The notes beneath the pieces were generated by a model. The model ran no database searches and was not told where the DNA came from. It saw only the letters and a list, made by a program, of their open reading frames with translations. Below are positions 18,597 to 30,380 of a stretch of DNA of 64,000 nucleotides, one piece after another. Position 1 is the first letter of the stretch, and every line of letters begins with the position of its first letter. The position numbers and the translations under genes are program-made. Location of the stretch: positions 11,589 through 75,588 of the forward strand of contig CP180023.1 in NCBI GenBank assembly GCA_047528275.1, written 5' to 3'. Origin of the DNA: Flavobacteriales bacterium AspAUS03 (GTDB lineage: Bacteria > Bacteroidota > Bacteroidia > Flavobacteriales > Blattabacteriaceae).

Positions 18597-20020
18597 TTAT
18601 TTTGGAGTTGAAAGAGCATTTCCATATTTGTCAAAAAAAATGGATGGAATAGCCAAGTTTTTCGAGTCAGTGCAAGAGCTACTCTGTTTACCTACGATCA
18701 GGATGCGAGCATTTTTTGGTGGTATGTATCTTTTGGCTGTTGCTGTCATCTGTGAAAGAATTATAGATCAAATGTTTTTCATATAATTTTGATAAAATAA
18801 TTTTATAATTCATTATTTTAACTCACTGATAGTAAAGTTATCAATATCCCTTGTATTTTCTAACTGAAAAAAACAATCAGTATTTTCTTTCTTCTTTATC
18901 TCCAAGTTTTTCGGGGGAGATCGGTATACTCGTGATCTGCTATAATTCTTTGATAAGCTCTACCACATCACTATTTTTGAACTCAGTCCTCACCTGAGCA
19001 AATGCATAAAACGAACCAATATATTTGTTCGATTTTAAATTGAAATAAACCTCACAGTATAACTTTTTTATTCACGCAAATTTAGAAAAAAAACAGCCTT
19101 GCATGCCTTCGTCTAAAATATCATTGTCCAAAAATGCAGGAAAATAGTCTGGAGCGTTCTTTTTGAAATCTACCAACCCTCACCAACACTGATACTATAC
19201 TAAATGACTGCAGGGAGAACTACCAAATCGATTTCCAATTGTATAAGCAAAGGAGCTATAGTATATTTTCTGTCCGGTACTGTGCCTTTTCTCCACGCGG
19301 ATAATTGTACATCAGTCGATTGTTTTCCTTCTTCTTTTAGTAATATTGCCTATAAAAATCAAATAGGTCGTATTGAGTTTAAAATATATTTGATAATTTT
19401 TTAAAATTACTAAGGGTAATGTTTTTAAAGTATTTATTTGATTCATATTCACTAAAAGGGGAATTTTTTCCATAATACAAGATTTTTCAAACACGTACCA
19501 AAATGGTATTGGATTTTTTCTCAGCCATCTTAATATTGGTGATACTTCACTTGATCAAATTTTAGAGTTCTGGGGTATTGTCAAAAGCACTTGTGAATAA
19601 GGCTTGATTCATGAGTTTTATTGACTCACCAAAATATCTTCTCAATGTTAAAGATGTACACTCCTGACTAAGCAACATAAAAGGTGGTACCAAGATGGTC
19701 AATGGCTTATCGAATTGCTCTTTAGTTCGATTTTTCGTAATAGTACGAGGCATATCTTCAAATATATTTTTCAAACCAACCTTATCATCTTCTAACACAG
19801 AGGGCTCGGTCAAAATACAAATCTACCGTCAGCATAGGTAATTTATGATTTTCGACAACCAAAACCATCAAACCATTATCTAGTCAAAAATTCTAAATTA
19901 TCCAATGTTGACCTCTAGCGCTGAATCAGACTAGGGTGATTTTATACGATCTACTTGACCAGTAGCATCTAAGAAAAAATCAAGCATAAGTGTAAGTATT
20001 ATTTTGGCTATGGATTTCAT
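18597..20020 (-). pseudogene. M16-family (insulinase-like) peptidase, second of a tandem pair, degraded
   Basis: The start is MKSIAKIILTLMLDFFLDATGQVDRIKSP (signal peptide). An internal fragment is 19562..19813. The C-terminus is ...AKRYIPPKNARILIVGKQ...FFDKYGNALSTPK*. Many stops lie in between. Confidence 0.6.
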
Positions 20021-20034
20021 GAGATGAGACTTTT

Positions 20035-21347
20035 TTATGACTTTTGGGGGAGGTTGTACAAATGGATATGTTGGGTTTTATTCAAATACTTATTAGCTAC
20101 TTGTTTGATATCCTCCACGGTGATCCGGTGATATTTTTCTAAAATTGTTATTAATCAGATCATCATCCCCATGATACACATGATATTGGTCCAAGGTATG
20201 TGTTATTCCAATCATAAAAGCATTCGCATCGATGAAACTCTTTATCCAAGCTATTGATTTATTTTTCTAATTTGCTTTGAACGATTCCGTTTTTCTTCAA
20301 AGCTTCAATCTCCCCGTCTATGGCTTGTGTAATATCATCCAAGGTACATCAGAATTAACAACGGCATAAACGATAAATACACTATAATTTTTAAATCTTT
20401 TAGGAAATATTTCACATAGTAGACTAACTGTTTTTTTGTTTACAACATTTCTAGCAATACGAGAACTTTCTCCATTGGACAATACGTTCTCGATGATTTT
20501 CAAAACGTAAGCATCTTTGTTTGTTTTCTTGGGAATTCTATAAGCTAAGACCACAGCAGATACCTGATGATTTTTATCCTCATAAGTAGGATAGATCTCT
20601 TGGGTGATATGGTCTTCTTTAGCATCAGTCCTGCGGATGGGTTGTGCGTTCTTGAGTATCGGACCAAAATAGGCATTGACGCATTTTTTAGTTTTTTCCA
20701 AATCGATGTCCATAGCGATACTTAGTATAACATTATTAGAAAATAAAAGTTCTTGTAAAAATTTTGATGATCAGCCTCAGGAAAATGATTAATATCTTAT
20801 ATGGATACAATTACTGTAAATCTATATAGATTTTTTTTTTAAAAACAATAGAGTTGGGATTTTCTTATTAAAATCTGTCATATAATGGCGATTGTTTATA
20901 CTCAATCTTTTTTTTCTTCTTTAACCACCTCAGGTTGGGTATCAATACCTTTATAATCTACTTTGTCATGCATCATACACGTTCGGATTCCAACCAAAGA
21001 GCCAGTCTAAGTTGGTTGGAATGCAAAATTTCAAGATAATTGGTCTCATATGATCTAGTGTAGACATTGAGAGATTCTCCATTGTCACTTATATATTTGA
21101 AAAATTCTCCTCTACCAATATTATCGGAGTGTTCAAACATTAGATGCTCAAAAAATGAACAAATCCGCTACGTTCTAGTTTTTCCTTTTTACCCCCACAT
21201 GGTACAACAATGACATGTATACCAATGGATTACTCTTACCTCGATGCAAAATCACATGCAGCCCATTTGGAAACTTATATTCGGTATAATTTAATATTAT
21301 TTTTTAAAAAAATATCATTATTCTAGATAAAATAAATGAATTATTCA
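20035..21347 (-). pseudogene. M16-family (insulinase-like) peptidase, first of a tandem pair, degraded
   Basis: Hand translation gives MNNSFILSRIMIFF*KIILNYTEYKFPNGLHVILHRGKSNPLVYMSLLYHVG.... The 131-aa fragment at 20318..20713 matches an M16 C-terminal domain. The C-terminus ends ...YNLPPKS*. Confidence 0.7.
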
Positions 21348-21349
21348 TC

Positions 21350-23550
21350 ACTATCCATTATAATATATTTCTATATTAGATTAAATGTATGAAAAACTTA
21401 TCATCTCTCCTTATTTCTTTTGAATGGATCCAATAGCCCTTAGAATATCAAATGATTTATACATACATTAATAATAAAAAAGTTTTTTATAGATATAAGA
21501 GAAAGGTTATTTCATTAATTGAAAAAATATATTAATAATATTTTATAGTTAATAAAAATCCATTTACTCAAAATTCATATCTTTCAAAAAAACAAATTAT
21601 TGTCATAAAAGTTTATCATTACGATACAAAGAAACTTTACTTTAGTATAGTCATAGTTTTTATTCTTAGTTCAATCAATGTAGAAACATAATCCAAAAAA
21701 ATGTGAAAATAATTTATCTAAAAGACCAGTTATCCGATTATATAGGAGTGGACCCAATGAAATGCTTGCAAGTAAAAGAAACTCTCAAATCCAATTGAAG
21801 ATTACATTACTCAGAGATCAAAAGATTCAATTATAAAGAAATCTATACTTACAAGCTACGCATCTGTAAAAATTTGGAAAACCCTCTAGCCGATACGACT
21901 TTCATTACATGGTCACTGGTATGCATATTAAAAAAAAAAAACTTGAGAAAAACCTCATTAAGAAAAATCTCTTCATTAAAACTTTGAATGGAAAATGAAT
22001 GGTCACTAAATTATTCTGCGAACAAAAATCTTTATTTCAGTACCAAAAGATATTTATGTGCAATGGCAGCTGAATGAAAAAGAAAAAAAATATCTTGGTG
22101 AAAACAAGGTGCAACAATATTTTTGGAAGTGTACAAATATTAACTCAAAAAGAAATAAAAATAAGTCCTATAGCCTTAATAAGTATATTTTGTGAAAAAC
22201 TTATGAAATCTAAGGATACTCTTAAAGAAGACTTATAAAAAAACACTAATTATCACATCAACTGATGATATCTTAAAACTATTCCACAAAAAAAAGGAAT
22301 ACTCTTACTTGAATTAAAAAAGCTAGGAGAATAAATAAAAAAATATCTTCAGATATGGGAAAAAAATCAATTTTTTAAACCACGAAGTACGCTTAGATAA
22401 CATTAAAAAACAAAGTATATATTTCCTCTAAGCTCTTGACATATTATAACATAGCACAATTATAGAATAAAAAAAATCAAGATTTTTTATAGATCAATTC
22501 TATAAAAAAAAATAATTTTTACAACTGAATAAATTTCAATCTTATCTCAATACTAATAATTCATTCTCATCTATACAAAATCAGCAAAAAACACAGGATA
22601 TCACCATAATGCGAGTATCTATACCTTTTCAAACACTACCTCTTAGTATTAAACTAATTCAAGAAAATTACAAACAACATAACCAGTCAAAACTATATCA
22701 AGTTACTAAAAATTAATCTATTTATTCAATAAAAAATGATTATTATGAAATAATAAAAAATATTCAGAATGAAGATAATCAACTAAATATAATATTAAAA
22801 AATAGATATTAATTCTATATTAGGAATAACATATAATTCTACATCAAAAATATAGGAAATAAAATTGGACAACTAGAAAAAGAAAATAATCAACTAAAAA
22901 GACTACCAAATCAATTTCTTATAAAAAGAAAGATCTCTATCTAGATAGAAACAATCTGCAATAGATTGATAAGAAAAAATCATCCAAATCTGTTTTAGAA
23001 CCATCAATAGTATTCTTTTTTTTTAAAAAAAAGTAAGAATAAAATATATAAAAAAAATATTTTTACTACTGATATATAACGTATTTATTATGATCAATCC
23101 TTATGTCCTTGTTTTATAGTATTTTAATCGTTTATTTTCAAATGTATATTACAAATATATAACTTTATTATATTTTTCTTACATTCTACTAAAGAAGCAA
23201 ATTTAGATAGGATCTCAAATGAGTTTTACACAGCTTGCTTCTCAAGGTGTTTTTAGGGATAATTAGCATAAGACGGTTTGTTAAATTTTAGTGATCAAAG
23301 ATAGATTTAGCAGCAATTTTTAAAAATATCATGCTAAAATCTGTTTTTAATTTAATTTAAACACGTGATCTATATATCTATATATCCATACAATGTTACG
23401 ATCAAATAATTTATATATTTACTTAATCCATTTTTTATTTGATTTTTACCTTTTATAGTAGTAATTTAAAACCTGGGGTTGTTCATATTTCCAATATATG
23501 GAAGGATTCAACCGAAAGGTAAAGAAAAATAGAGATGTTTATCTGTTTAC
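21350..23550. other. A 2.2 kb extremely AT-rich tract with no ORF of 60 aa or more on either strand
   Basis: The ORF track is empty between 20713 and 23554. The sequence is visibly much more AT-rich than the flanks and has A/T homopolymers up to 12 nt. Short palindromes and one 13-nt direct repeat pair are present. No periodic array is visible. Confidence 0.7.
22482..22508. repeat. Perfect 11-bp inverted repeat TTTTTTATAGA-TCAAT-TCTATAAAAAA
   Basis: Seen directly inside the AT-rich tract. Confidence 0.6.
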
Positions 23551-23788
23551 GGAATGCTGGTACACCACTCTATTGAGCAGCAGTATACTGACACAAGGAT
23601 TCCAAGGTCAATAACAGAGGAGGAAGAATACTATCAAGAAGATAACCAATACTACCCCAAAAAGGAAGTGATATGTAAATTAATAAAAATTAGCACAGTA
23701 ACCAGAACTAAAGAAAGAATTTCCCTCTCCAAGAAATCGTCATAACATTGGTCTGTTTGCTGACCATCTTGCATAAGGGTAGTTCTGT

Positions 23789-24247
23789 TCAATGAGCTCG
23801 TTTACACCATACATATGCAGGTACAGGAAAGGCATACGGATATTTTTGTCTAACCCTACCTAAATCGTCTGCATAGCTGCTCTTTGAGAGATAATCGCCC
23901 AATCGTATCTTATAATTAGGGCTTTCAAATTTCAACTCCGGGTAGAGATCAGAATATAAATCGATGAGTTCTTTGAATATTTCTTGGGCCTTCAAACGAT
24001 CTAAAGTACTGAGTACTTGTATTTTATATCCCATCCTTTTAAGGGTATCTGTACAAGGATTACTATATTTCACAACAGGTCCCTTACCCGAAAGGTCTTT
24101 TGAAGCCGATTTCTTATTATCGTCAGCCCATGAATTAAGTAAGCGATCCACCGATGGATCCATATCCACAATCACATGGTTTTGATTCTCTTGTGCCTGC
24201 ACTAAGCATGTGACTATACAACTGATAAAAAGCCATTCTATTTTCAT
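23789..24247 (-). CDS. SPOR-domain (peptidoglycan-binding) protein with a signal peptide
   Basis: A 152-aa ORF with an N-terminal signal (LVQAQE). The C-terminus YKIQVLSTLDRLKAQEIFKEL...YKIRLGDYLSKSSYADDL fits a SPOR repeat. Confidence 0.8.
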   Translation of the reverse strand: MKIEWLFISCIVTCLVQAQENQNHVIVDMDPSVDRLLNSWADDNKKSASKDLSGKGPVVKYSNPCTDTLKRMGYKIQVLSTLDRLKAQEIFKELIDLYSDLYPELKFESPNYKIRLGDYLSKSSYADDLGRVRQKYPYAFPVPAYVWCKRAH

Positions 24248-24359
24248 AAGAAATATTTTTGATCTACCAAAATAATGATAAGAAAATAATCTGAATCAGC
24301 TCGTTATTTAGAATGATTATAAATTTCTATTAAGCGTAGCGAATCAAGCCTTGAAATTA

Positions 24360-24389
24360 TTGTGTTTTTTTTCCTTTATCCTATTTTTG
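24360..24389 (+). promoter_or_regulatory. Bacteroidota-type sigma-A promoter candidate for the ACIII operon (TTG-N19-TATTTTTG)
   Basis: TTG lies at 24360-24362 and TAttTTTG at 24382-24389, about 47 nt upstream of the actA ATG. This matches the -33 TTG / -7 TAnnTTTG consensus. Confidence 0.4.
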
Positions 24390-24435
24390 TCAGCTTAAAA
24401 GTACACCAGAATTATCGTCAACGAACCTCCTCTTG

Positions 24436-25788
24436 ATGAAAGATAGACAAAAAAAAACCTACTTAGCCTTCATTTTCGGCCTCTTATTTTCTATAGCTTT
24501 TCAAAGCATACTCATTGCACAAGATCAGATCAAAGGTAATGCTGAAAATGGAGCAAAACTCTTTAAAAAAAATTGTACGGCCTGTCACTCTACAGATCTG
24601 ACTAAAAAACTCATCGGACCACCGTTGGCAGGTGTCACAGACAGGAGGAGTCGCAAATGGTTGCACAAGTGGATCAAAGACAACAAGGCGCTTAGGGATA
24701 ATGGGGATAAAGACGCTATTGCCAATTATAAAGAATACAACCAGGTGGAAATGAGCCTCTTTCCACAGCTCTCCGAACAAGACATCGACGATATACTGGT
24801 TTTCAGTAAAAACCCACCTACTCCTAAAGAAAAAAATCCAGCAGAAACTAAAACAGCAAACGTTCAACAAAATGGCCTCGGGGGGGGCACTACTAAGATC
24901 ATCGTTTTAGGATTCACCTTATTGGCTATCATATTACTTGGGATACTTTTCAAACTCTACACGCTAATCCGTTTGATCAATGCCAATACTCTTGAGGAAT
25001 ACCAAGCACAAAAAACTACAATCAAATTTTCGATAGATCTATTAAAATTCTTAGAAAGATATCGCTCTATAGGCTATGCACTGATCGGGATTTTCTTCCT
25101 AGCTGCCCTCTATGGAGTATGGGACTTTCTGATGGGCATCGATGTCAACAAAGGATACAAACCCCAGCAACCGATCTATTTCTCACACAAGATCCATGCC
25201 GGCAATAATAGTATCGATTGCCAATATTGTCACTCTAATGCCAAATATAGTAAGGTTTCTGGCATCCCCACAGCCAACATCTGTATGAACTGCCATATGA
25301 CCATCACCGAGTATAAAGACGACTACATCGAAGATGGTAAAAGTAAAAAATTTTACACCAAAGAGATCCAAAAGATCTATCAAGTTGTAGGTTGGGATCC
25401 TAGCACACGAAAATATTCAGGCAAGACCCAACCGATCCGATGGGTACGCATCCACAACATGCCTGACTTTGTTTACTTCAATCACTCCCAACATGTAGTA
25501 GCTGGTGAAGAAATGATCAAGAAAGCTAAGGATGTAGATATTGTTTGCAAAGCCTGTCACGGCCAAGTTCAGGAAATGGACGAGGTAGAAATGGCCAACG
25601 ACTTCACCATGGGATGGTGCATCAATTGCCATCGTACTACAGCAGTCAATATGGATAATAAATACTATACAAAATATTTTAGTGAACTAAATAATAAGTT
25701 GAATAAACAATATGGTAAAGATAAAAAAAACATCAAAATCACCGTAGATGCTGTCGGTGGAATAGAATGTGGTAAATGCCATTATTAA
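24436..25788 (+). CDS. actA: Alternative complex III subunit ActA (multihaem cytochrome c with an N-terminal monohaem domain)
   Basis: Six CxxCH motifs are present (CTACH, CQYCH, CMNCH, CKACH, CINCH, CGKCH) with a central TM segment. It is the first gene of the act operon. Confidence 0.9.
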   Translation: MKDRQKKTYLAFIFGLLFSIAFQSILIAQDQIKGNAENGAKLFKKNCTACHSTDLTKKLIGPPLAGVTDRRSRKWLHKWIKDNKALRDNGDKDAIANYKEYNQVEMSLFPQLSEQDIDDILVFSKNPPTPKEKNPAETKTANVQQNGLGGGTTKIIVLGFTLLAIILLGILFKLYTLIRLINANTLEEYQAQKTTIKFSIDLLKFLERYRSIGYALIGIFFLAALYGVWDFLMGIDVNKGYKPQQPIYFSHKIHAGNNSIDCQYCHSNAKYSKVSGIPTANICMNCHMTITEYKDDYIEDGKSKKFYTKEIQKIYQVVGWDPSTRKYSGKTQPIRWVRIHNMPDFVYFNHSQHVVAGEEMIKKAKDVDIVCKACHGQVQEMDEVEMANDFTMGWCINCHRTTAVNMDNKYYTKYFSELNNKLNKQYGKDKKNIKITVDAVGGIECGKCHY

Positions 25789-25804
25789 CAATAATCTATA
25801 ACCT

Positions 25805-28800
25805 ATGAACATGGATTTAAAAAGAAAATATTGGAGAGGTCTTCCAGAATTAAAAGACGAAAAACTTACAGATCAATTAGCTGCTAAGGAATTTACCCAA
25901 CAGATTCCTGTAGAGGTCTTCCTATCCGATCAGAAGAAACTTGAAAGCAGCAATACCTCACGACGTGATTTCCTCAAGTGGATGGGATTCAGTACAGCAG
26001 CAGCTACTCTAGCAGCATGTGATGGACCTTTAATCCATTCTATTCCCTATGTGACCAAACCCGATTCGGTCACTCCAGGCATTCCTACTTACTATGCTTC
26101 TACGATGTTTGATGGTTTTGATCTAGGCAGTGTGCTCGTAAAAACACGAGAAGGCCGCCCAATCAAAATCGAACCCAATACCACAGCTAAATATTTCAAT
26201 ACCACCTCGGCACGGATACAAGCTTCTCTACTCTCTCTTTACGATTCTGAGCGACTAAAAAATCCTCATATCCAAGGGAAAAAGGCTTCTTGGGAAGAAG
26301 TGGATGCTTACGTGATCGAACGCTTGAAAAAGGTCAAGAAAGGTGGAAAACAGATCGTCATTCTCACTTCATCATTGTCCAGCCCATCGACTAAAAGATT
26401 AATTTGGGATTTTTTGCAAGCTTATCCCACCACTAGAGTGGTCACTTACGATGCATTATCATACTCCCAAGCACTAGATGCAGCCAAAGAAGTCCTTGGT
26501 TTTCGGGCCTTACCCCTCTATGATCTATCTCAAACCGAATTGCTCATCTCATTTGATGCCGATTTTCTCGGAGACTGGAACCCGGAAAGCCTGGAACATT
26601 CCTACGTACAAAGTAGGAAGCCTGGGCCCAACATGCTACGACACATCCAACTCGAGAGTAATATGACACTTTCTGGAGCCAATGCAGATACACGTATCCC
26701 ACTCAGACCCTCTGCAATAAAAATAACCTTAGCCGAGGTGTACAAAGCTCTCAATGGAGGATCCGAGGACAAAATCGCTCAAAGTATTGCTACAGAGATC
26801 CAATCCAAAGGATCCAAAGCTATCGTCCTAGCCGACGGTAGTAAAGAAGCACATGCCATGGCACTGTTGATCAATAAACAAATCCAAAGTCGAGCCCTAT
26901 CTACTGACAAATTTGTTCTGACCAAAGAGAGTGACAACAAAGCATTCAACCGATTTGTACAAGACCTTAAAGACGGACACATTGGCACTATCCTAGCCTA
27001 CCATGTCAACCCACTCTACAGCTTACCCCAAGCCCAAGAACTCAAAGCTAGTCTAGAAAAACTAGACCTCAGCATCTCCTTTTCGATGAAAGAGGATGAA
27101 ACCTCCGAATCAATGGAGGTATGGGCCCCCACCCCGCACTGGCTTGAGAGTTGGGGAGATGCTCAACCGGTCACAGGTATGTATACCCTAATGCAACCCA
27201 CCATCCAACCGATATTCAATACCCGTCAATTCCAAGATTCCCTATTGATTTGGAAGAATGCTCAAAGTGTAGATGATCAGGATATTACAAGCTATACAGA
27301 GGATGAATCGAACCTATTAGCCAATATCTCTGCAGGCTTCAAAAAATACGATGGCAAGATCAGGAGTTATTACGACTACCTCAGGAAATTTTGGGAACAA
27401 AATATCTTACCCAAATCCAATATTGACTCCTTCAATAGGGCGCTCTTTCATGGAGTCGTAGAGACCCAAGAAAGCGCTTCTCGAAGTGTTGCCAGAGCCC
27501 AGGCCAATGAATATTTAAACCATCTATCAAGCCCTGAAAACTCAAAAGATTTCGAGCTTAAGCTATACACCAAAACTGGTATCGGTGATGGGACACAATC
27601 CAATAATGTTTGGTTGCAAGAGCTTCCCGATCCTATCACACGCACCACTTGGGACAACTATCTTACCATCTCCTCAGCCGACGCTAAAAAAATAGGCATA
27701 GAGAATTGGCACATTGGAGATGGCGCGATGAATGGCCATCGAGTCAATCTGACCGCTAAGGAAATCATGATCAAAAACTTACCCGTCTACATTCAGCCTG
27801 GGCAAGCCATCGGATCAATAGGTCTAGCCCTAGGATATGGAAGCACCAAAGGAAAAGTTGCCCGACAAGGTGGTGGCATCAATGCTTATACGCTTTATAA
27901 AGATTTCAACCTCATCCAACCCGGCATCCGGATTGAAAAAACTGAAGGGACACACGAATTTGCTTGTATTCAACTACAACATACAATGGTCGGTAGGACT
28001 TCTATCGCTCGGAAAACAAATCTTGAGACTTTTCTGACCCAACCCAAAGAAGTTTGGAACAAAGAGGAAAAATTCAGCACTTACAAAGGAAAATTACCTA
28101 CCGAAAAAGTTTCACTCTGGAAAGAACGCGATCGTACACAAGGGCATCATTTCAATCTATCAATAGATCTGAATTCCTGTACTGGATGCGGCGCCTGCAT
28201 CATCGCCTGCAATGCCGAGAACAATGTACCGGTGGTGGGCAAGGACGAGATCCGTAAGTCACGGGATATGCATTGGCTACGCATCGACCGCTATTATTCC
28301 AGTGGAGAAGATTTCGAGTCTTTGGCTGAAAAAGGCTTATCCAAAAAGAATATGTTTTCCGAACCAGAGATGTATACTTATCTGCTCGAGCCTGAGGCCA
28401 ATCCGCAAGTGATCTTCCAACCGGTGATGTGTCAGCATTGCAATCATGCCCCTTGCGAAACCGTTTGCCCTGTAGCGGCTACCTCTCATGGACAACAAGG
28501 CCAAAATATGATGGCCTATAACCGTTGTGTCGGCACGCGTTATTGTGCAAATAATTGTCCTTACAAAGTACGCCGTTTCAATTGGTTTAACTATGTGGAA
28601 AACGATAAGTTTGACTTCAATATGAACGACGACTTGGGTCGTATGGTACTCAATCCCGATGTAGCAGTCCGCACTCGGGGTGTAATGGAAAAATGCTCCA
28701 TGTGCATTCAGATGACGCAATCAACGATATTGAAAGCCAAAAAGGCTGGAAGAAAGGTCAAAGACGAAGAGTTTCAAACCGCTTGTACCAAGACTTGTCC

Positions 28801-28954
28801 TACCGGCGCGATGAGCTTCGGCGACATCAACGATACAAGTAGCGAAGTAGCACAAAAACTCAAAGACGATAGAAGTTATAAATTATTAGATTTCATCGGT
28901 ACGCGACCCAACGTGTTTTATCAAGTGAAGGTCAAGAATTCGAAGAAGGTTTAA
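25805..28954 (+). CDS. actB: Alternative complex III subunit ActB (molybdopterin-oxidoreductase-like domain fused to a 4Fe-4S ferredoxin domain)
   Basis: A 1049-aa ORF. The Tat signal is SRRDFLKWMGFSTAAATLAAC. The Fe-S motifs are CTGCGACIIAC, CQHCNHAPCETVCP and CVGTRYCANNCPYKVRRFNW. Confidence 0.95.
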   Translation: MNMDLKRKYWRGLPELKDEKLTDQLAAKEFTQQIPVEVFLSDQKKLESSNTSRRDFLKWMGFSTAAATLAACDGPLIHSIPYVTKPDSVTPGIPTYYASTMFDGFDLGSVLVKTREGRPIKIEPNTTAKYFNTTSARIQASLLSLYDSERLKNPHIQGKKASWEEVDAYVIERLKKVKKGGKQIVILTSSLSSPSTKRLIWDFLQAYPTTRVVTYDALSYSQALDAAKEVLGFRALPLYDLSQTELLISFDADFLGDWNPESLEHSYVQSRKPGPNMLRHIQLESNMTLSGANADTRIPLRPSAIKITLAEVYKALNGGSEDKIAQSIATEIQSKGSKAIVLADGSKEAHAMALLINKQIQSRALSTDKFVLTKESDNKAFNRFVQDLKDGHIGTILAYHVNPLYSLPQAQELKASLEKLDLSISFSMKEDETSESMEVWAPTPHWLESWGDAQPVTGMYTLMQPTIQPIFNTRQFQDSLLIWKNAQSVDDQDITSYTEDESNLLANISAGFKKYDGKIRSYYDYLRKFWEQNILPKSNIDSFNRALFHGVVETQESASRSVARAQANEYLNHLSSPENSKDFELKLYTKTGIGDGTQSNNVWLQELPDPITRTTWDNYLTISSADAKKIGIENWHIGDGAMNGHRVNLTAKEIMIKNLPVYIQPGQAIGSIGLALGYGSTKGKVARQGGGINAYTLYKDFNLIQPGIRIEKTEGTHEFACIQLQHTMVGRTSIARKTNLETFLTQPKEVWNKEEKFSTYKGKLPTEKVSLWKERDRTQGHHFNLSIDLNSCTGCGACIIACNAENNVPVVGKDEIRKSRDMHWLRIDRYYSSGEDFESLAEKGLSKKNMFSEPEMYTYLLEPEANPQVIFQPVMCQHCNHAPCETVCPVAATSHGQQGQNMMAYNRCVGTRYCANNCPYKVRRFNWFNYVENDKFDFNMNDDLGRMVLNPDVAVRTRGVMEKCSMCIQMTQSTILKAKKAGRKVKDEEFQTACTKTCPTGAMSFGDINDTSSEVAQKLKDDRSYKLLDFIGTRPNVFYQVKVKNSKKV

Positions 28955-28979
28955 TTTTTAAAAATGATAATCGAAAGTT

Positions 28980-30380
28980 ATGTCTGATCATTATGAAGCC
29001 CCTATACGAGAAGCCTTGATCTTAGGAGACAAGACTTACCATGACATCACCGAAGATGTCGCACGTCCAGTAGAGACCAAAGCCGGGAAACTATGGTGGA
29101 TGGCCTTCTTCATCGCTCTATCTGCATTGGTCTGGGGCGTGGGCTGTATTTTCTACACCATAGGGACAGGTATCGGAGTCTGGGGTCTGAACCGAACGGT
29201 CAACTGGGCTTGGGATATTACCAATTTCGTATGGTGGGTAGGGATCGGTCATGCCGGCACGCTAATCTCAGCCGTATTGCTCTTATTTCGACAAAAATGG
29301 CGTCTGTCGATAAATCGATCGGCTGAGGCCATGACGATCTTTGCTGTAATACAAGCCGGCTTATTCCCCATCATCCATATGGGTAGGCCTTGGGATGCTT
29401 ACTGGGTACTGCCAATCCCGAACCAATTCGGTACACTGTGGCCCAATTTCAATTCGCCGCTCTTGTGGGACGTATTCGCTATAAGTACATATTTCTCTGT
29501 CTCTACGGTCTTTTGGTTTATGGGGCTAATCCCAGATTTTGCAATGATCCGTGACCGCGCTACTAAGCCTATTCAAAAAAAGATCTATAATATATTGAGT
29601 TTCGGTTGGAGCGGAAAAGCCAAACATTGGCAACGATTTGAAGAGATTTCTCTGGTTCTCGCCGGTTTGTGTACGCCGCTGGTCTTTTCAGTTCATACCA
29701 TCGTATCTTTCGACTTTGCTACTTCAGTGATCAAGGGTTGGCATAGTACAATATTCCCTCCCTATTTCGTTGCTGGAGCGATATTTTCAGGTTTTGCTAT
29801 GGTACAAACGCTCTTGGGGGTAGCACGCAAGGTATTACACTTGGAAGACTATATCACTCGAAAGCATATCGAATACATGAATATCGTGATCATAGTCACT
29901 GGGGGTATGGTTGCTGTGGCCTACATTTCAGAATTCATCCTAGCCTGGTATTCGGGTAGTCCTTTTGAAGATTTCACTTATTTTTCGCCAGGCGCTGCTA
30001 CGGGACCGTTCTGGTGGGCTTTCTGGGCATTGATCATCTGCAATATATTGATCCCTCAAGCTTTTTGGTTCAAACCAGTACGTCAGAGTTTTTTTTGGTC
30101 TTACGTTATTTCAATCTTCATTAATATCGGAATGTGGTTTGAGCGTTTTGATATTATCGTACTGAATCTTAGCCATGATTACTTGCCTTCTTCTTGGACA
30201 GGTTTCTTGCCTTCTTTTGTAGACATCGGCATATTTATAGGGACTAATGGATTCTTTTTCGTGTTGTACCTTCTGTACGCAAGGAGTTTCCCAGTGATCG
30301 CACAGGCAGAGCTGAAAACCATATTGAAGTCATCGAGTGAAAAACACAAAAAATTGAGAGATGAGCAAGGCCACCACTAA
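28980..30380 (+). CDS. actC: Alternative complex III subunit ActC (NrfD/PsrC-like quinol-interacting membrane subunit)
   Basis: A 466-aa polytopic membrane ORF in the canonical operon position. Confidence 0.93.
   Translation: MSDHYEAPIREALILGDKTYHDITEDVARPVETKAGKLWWMAFFIALSALVWGVGCIFYTIGTGIGVWGLNRTVNWAWDITNFVWWVGIGHAGTLISAVLLLFRQKWRLSINRSAEAMTIFAVIQAGLFPIIHMGRPWDAYWVLPIPNQFGTLWPNFNSPLLWDVFAISTYFSVSTVFWFMGLIPDFAMIRDRATKPIQKKIYNILSFGWSGKAKHWQRFEEISLVLAGLCTPLVFSVHTIVSFDFATSVIKGWHSTIFPPYFVAGAIFSGFAMVQTLLGVARKVLHLEDYITRKHIEYMNIVIIVTGGMVAVAYISEFILAWYSGSPFEDFTYFSPGAATGPFWWAFWALIICNILIPQAFWFKPVRQSFFWSYVISIFINIGMWFERFDIIVLNLSHDYLPSSWTGFLPSFVDIGIFIGTNGFFFVLYLLYARSFPVIAQAELKTILKSSSEKHKKLRDEQGHH

Noticed and set aside
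21350-23550. I considered whether the AT-rich tract holds a CRISPR array, tandem repeat array or IS element.
   Set aside because: There are no regularly spaced direct repeats, only one 13-nt repeat pair and isolated palindromes. There is no transposase-like reading frame and there are no terminal inverted repeats.
23554-23745. A 63-aa ORF at the edge of the AT-rich tract.
   Set aside because: It has a highly charged, low-complexity sequence, no motif and no promoter-like element. The opposite strand looks like a decayed small membrane protein. It is not supportable as a gene.
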